Virus record (IMG/VR): IMGVR_UViG_3300025889_000131
Coordinates: 1-59,253 of that record
Strand: one strand, 5' to 3'
DNA from: a virus
Lineage: Duplodnaviria; Caudoviricetes
DNA: 59,253 nucleotides
The number at the start of each line of letters is the position of its first letter. Position 1 is the first letter of the stretch. Below the pieces are notes generated by a model. The model saw nothing but the letters and a program-made list of their open reading frames with translations, ran no database searches and was not told the origin of the DNA. Shown one piece after another: positions 57,440 to 59,253 of the stretch. The position numbers and the translations under genes are program-made.

Positions 57440-57565
57440 ATGATGCAACATCATAAATATAGTTTGACAGAACTAGAAAATATGATTCCTTGGGAAAGAC
57501 AGATATATCAGACTATGCTTATTCAATATATTGAAGAAGAAAACGAAAGGCGCAATAAAAAGTAA
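57440..57565 (+). CDS. gp51: gp51-like baseplate hub assembly catalyst (41 aa from ATG; frame open back to 57380, possibly made as a gp26 frameshift extension)
   Basis: MMQHHKYSLTELENMIPWERQIY..ML...IEEEN; its stop overlaps the next ATG. Confidence 0.85.
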   Translation: MMQHHKYSLTELENMIPWERQIYQTMLIQYIEEENERRNKK

Positions 57566-59193
57566 TGGCACTTCCTGCACTCAATAATGATGAATCAGAA
57601 ACACTCATCATAGAAGGATCGATGATGATCGACGATAGTATTCAGGCTGTCGGAGACAAAATCGTGAATGTACTAAAGGCTATTGAATATACTATGTCTA
57701 TGACTATGATAAATGTTATGCAGGAAATGATTGATCAGAATACACAGATTATAGGTCTTCTTAAGAAAGAATACAATGCTGATGAAGCTGAACGAGACAG
57801 AGTCGAATCAGAAAAAGACACGTCTGCATTTGCTGCTGATGAGGCAGAAGCGGAGGCTGCAAGATCTCAGCCAACAGAAAAACTTATCAATACAGATAAA
57901 CTTAAAGCTTTTGGATCTAAATTAACAAACAGTCTTTTTAGTATACTCGGCGGTGCCGCCGCCCTTGGATTTCTGTATTTCCTTCCTGAAATTCTAGACA
58001 GTAAGTTTTTTAAAGAAGGCCTAAAGTTCATGAAAGAAACTTTGTGGCCTGCACTTGTTTCTCTTTGGGATGACTATTTGCTTCCAATTGTTCAATGGCT
58101 TGGTAATAGTCTTGGTGATCTCTTTGAGGACTTCAATGATCCAAATAAAACCGGTCTTGATATTCTTAAAGAGAACTTTGGTATTATTGCGCTAGTCATT
58201 GGTGGTATTGCCGCAAAGATTATTGGTTTATCAACTATTTTGAGTGGTGTTGGCCCAGCATTGGCTTCTGCTGGTGCATTGATATCTGCTCCAGTTGCTT
58301 TGTTTGCTGCAGGTGCAGCTGCTTTTGTGACTGGGATGATTGGTGCAACAGAAGCTCTTGAAAATGGCAAAGAAATACTCGATAAAGAAAAACTATCACT
58401 AACTGATAAGATCTCTCTTGCAATTGGAGGGTTTATTGGTGGTGTTCTTGGAATCTTTGATTGGATAGCCGGTCTTTTTGGAATAGAAACAAACTTCAAA
58501 GAAACAGCAACGAAAGGAATTTCTAACTTCATTGCAGATCTATTTGACAGTCTTAAAATTCTCATTGTTGATGCTTTACCTGCAGTCTTTCAAGATAAAG
58601 CAGCAGAAATGCTAGGTGTTGATACAGATTTGAGAGAAAGACAAAGAGATAGACAGATCACTGACAATGAAAATAAACTTCAGGAACTCGAAAAAGCAAA
58701 AACACGTATAGAAGAAAGTAACATTGGTGAGACAACCAAACAAATCAAACTGTCACAAATTGAAAAACAGATTGAAGAAATTACAGAACAGAACAAAATA
58801 AACAAACTGCAGAAACAGATTGGCACAATCGACGTTACAACATCACAAAGAACAGAAGAAATTCCTGGTGTGTTGGATAAAATTTTTGGTAAATCTGGAG
58901 AAGATGCTTATAGATCTGCTATAGGAGAAGATACAGAAGAAATTCCTGGTGTGTCGGATAGATTTTTTGGTAAATCTGGAGGAGATGTTTATAGCTCTGC
59001 TTCTAATATCGGAGAAGATATTGATATGAAATCAAGAGAAATTGACAGAGCTGGTACAAACGTAGTAACCATCGTTGATAATTCTACTAAGAATCAGAGC
59101 AGCATGCAAAACAACATCACAAATAGAAATGGAGGGTCAGCTGTTAGACCGAAGTCTGAAGAGCCGACCCTCAGTGCCATGGCTGGTTTGTAA
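57565..59193 (+). CDS. Tape-measure / baseplate hub protein (gp29-like)
   Basis: Helical, with hydrophobic Gly/Ala-rich central segments and coiled coils; C-terminal IVDNS..N; follows gp26-gp51. Confidence 0.7.
   Translation: MALPALNNDESETLIIEGSMMIDDSIQAVGDKIVNVLKAIEYTMSMTMINVMQEMIDQNTQIIGLLKKEYNADEAERDRVESEKDTSAFAADEAEAEAARSQPTEKLINTDKLKAFGSKLTNSLFSILGGAAALGFLYFLPEILDSKFFKEGLKFMKETLWPALVSLWDDYLLPIVQWLGNSLGDLFEDFNDPNKTGLDILKENFGIIALVIGGIAAKIIGLSTILSGVGPALASAGALISAPVALFAAGAAAFVTGMIGATEALENGKEILDKEKLSLTDKISLAIGGFIGGVLGIFDWIAGLFGIETNFKETATKGISNFIADLFDSLKILIVDALPAVFQDKAAEMLGVDTDLRERQRDRQITDNENKLQELEKAKTRIEESNIGETTKQIKLSQIEKQIEEITEQNKINKLQKQIGTIDVTTSQRTEEIPGVLDKIFGKSGEDAYRSAIGEDTEEIPGVSDRFFGKSGGDVYSSASNIGEDIDMKSREIDRAGTNVVTIVDNSTKNQSSMQNNITNRNGGSAVRPKSEEPTLSAMAGL
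58852..59019 (+). repeat. Imperfect 81-bp tandem duplication in the tape-measure gene
   Basis: TEEIPGVLDKIFGKSGEDAYRSAIGED / TEEIPGVSDRFFGKSGGDVYSSASNIGED; copies start at 58852 and 58933. Confidence 0.88.
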
Positions 59194-59253
59194 TTAGTCT
59201 TCGTCGTCGATCATTGACTCAAAGTCAGAGAGATCAAAATCCCCATCATCATC
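59194..59253 (-). CDS. C-terminal acidic tail of a convergent gene, probably ssDNA-binding protein gp32 (partial)
   Basis: Minus strand reads DDDGDFDLSDFESMIDDED*, like gp32 tails; only 19 codons visible. Confidence 0.5.
   Translation of the reverse strand, partial: DDDGDFDLSDFESMIDDED

Noticed and set aside
1-59253. Introns, inteins, homing endonucleases, tRNAs, stop-codon reassignment or DGR
   Set aside because: Core genes are uninterrupted and of normal length in the standard code; intergenic gaps are tiny; no reverse transcriptase or tRNA-like sequence was recognised by eye (tRNAscan not run)

Overview
A 59 kb, AT-rich segment of a T4-like myovirus genome, with the gene layout typical of environmental or marine T4-like phages rather than the T-evens. 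Nearly all genes from 1 to 54.8 kb are on the minus strand. From left to right the window holds: replication genes gp44 (truncated) and gp45; a ~6.8 kb nucleotide/DNA-modification island inserted between gp45 and gp46; gp46/47, gp55, uvsW/Y and gp3; the head module (gp23-22-21-68-67, a collagen insertion, gp20); tail, terminase and neck genes (gp19-13); two fibre/adhesin pairs; a 2208-aa virion protein; and baseplate genes (gp8-7-6-25-5-27-53-48). The island contains a GT-A glycosyltransferase, peptide deformylase, an atypical C5-methyltransferase, an hmC-type glycosyltransferase, a Tat-signal protein, dCMP deaminase, a gp42-like dCMP hydroxymethylase and two MazG-like proteins. A divergent plus-strand block (gp4-2-54-26-51-29) follows, then the probable acidic tail of gp32. 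Ten TATAAATA late-promoter matches were found. The main leads are: (1) a pervasive [A/S/G]-N-T/S motif concentrated in outward-facing virion proteins, possibly a modification tag; (2) a C5-MTase with intact catalytic motifs but altered SAM-binding motifs beside an hmC pathway; (3) a likely programmed -1 frameshift fusing gp26 to gp51 just upstream of the tape-measure gene; (4) a sigma70-driven secreted protease and a Tat-exported protein. All calls come from motif recognition and synteny by eye; no database searches were run.
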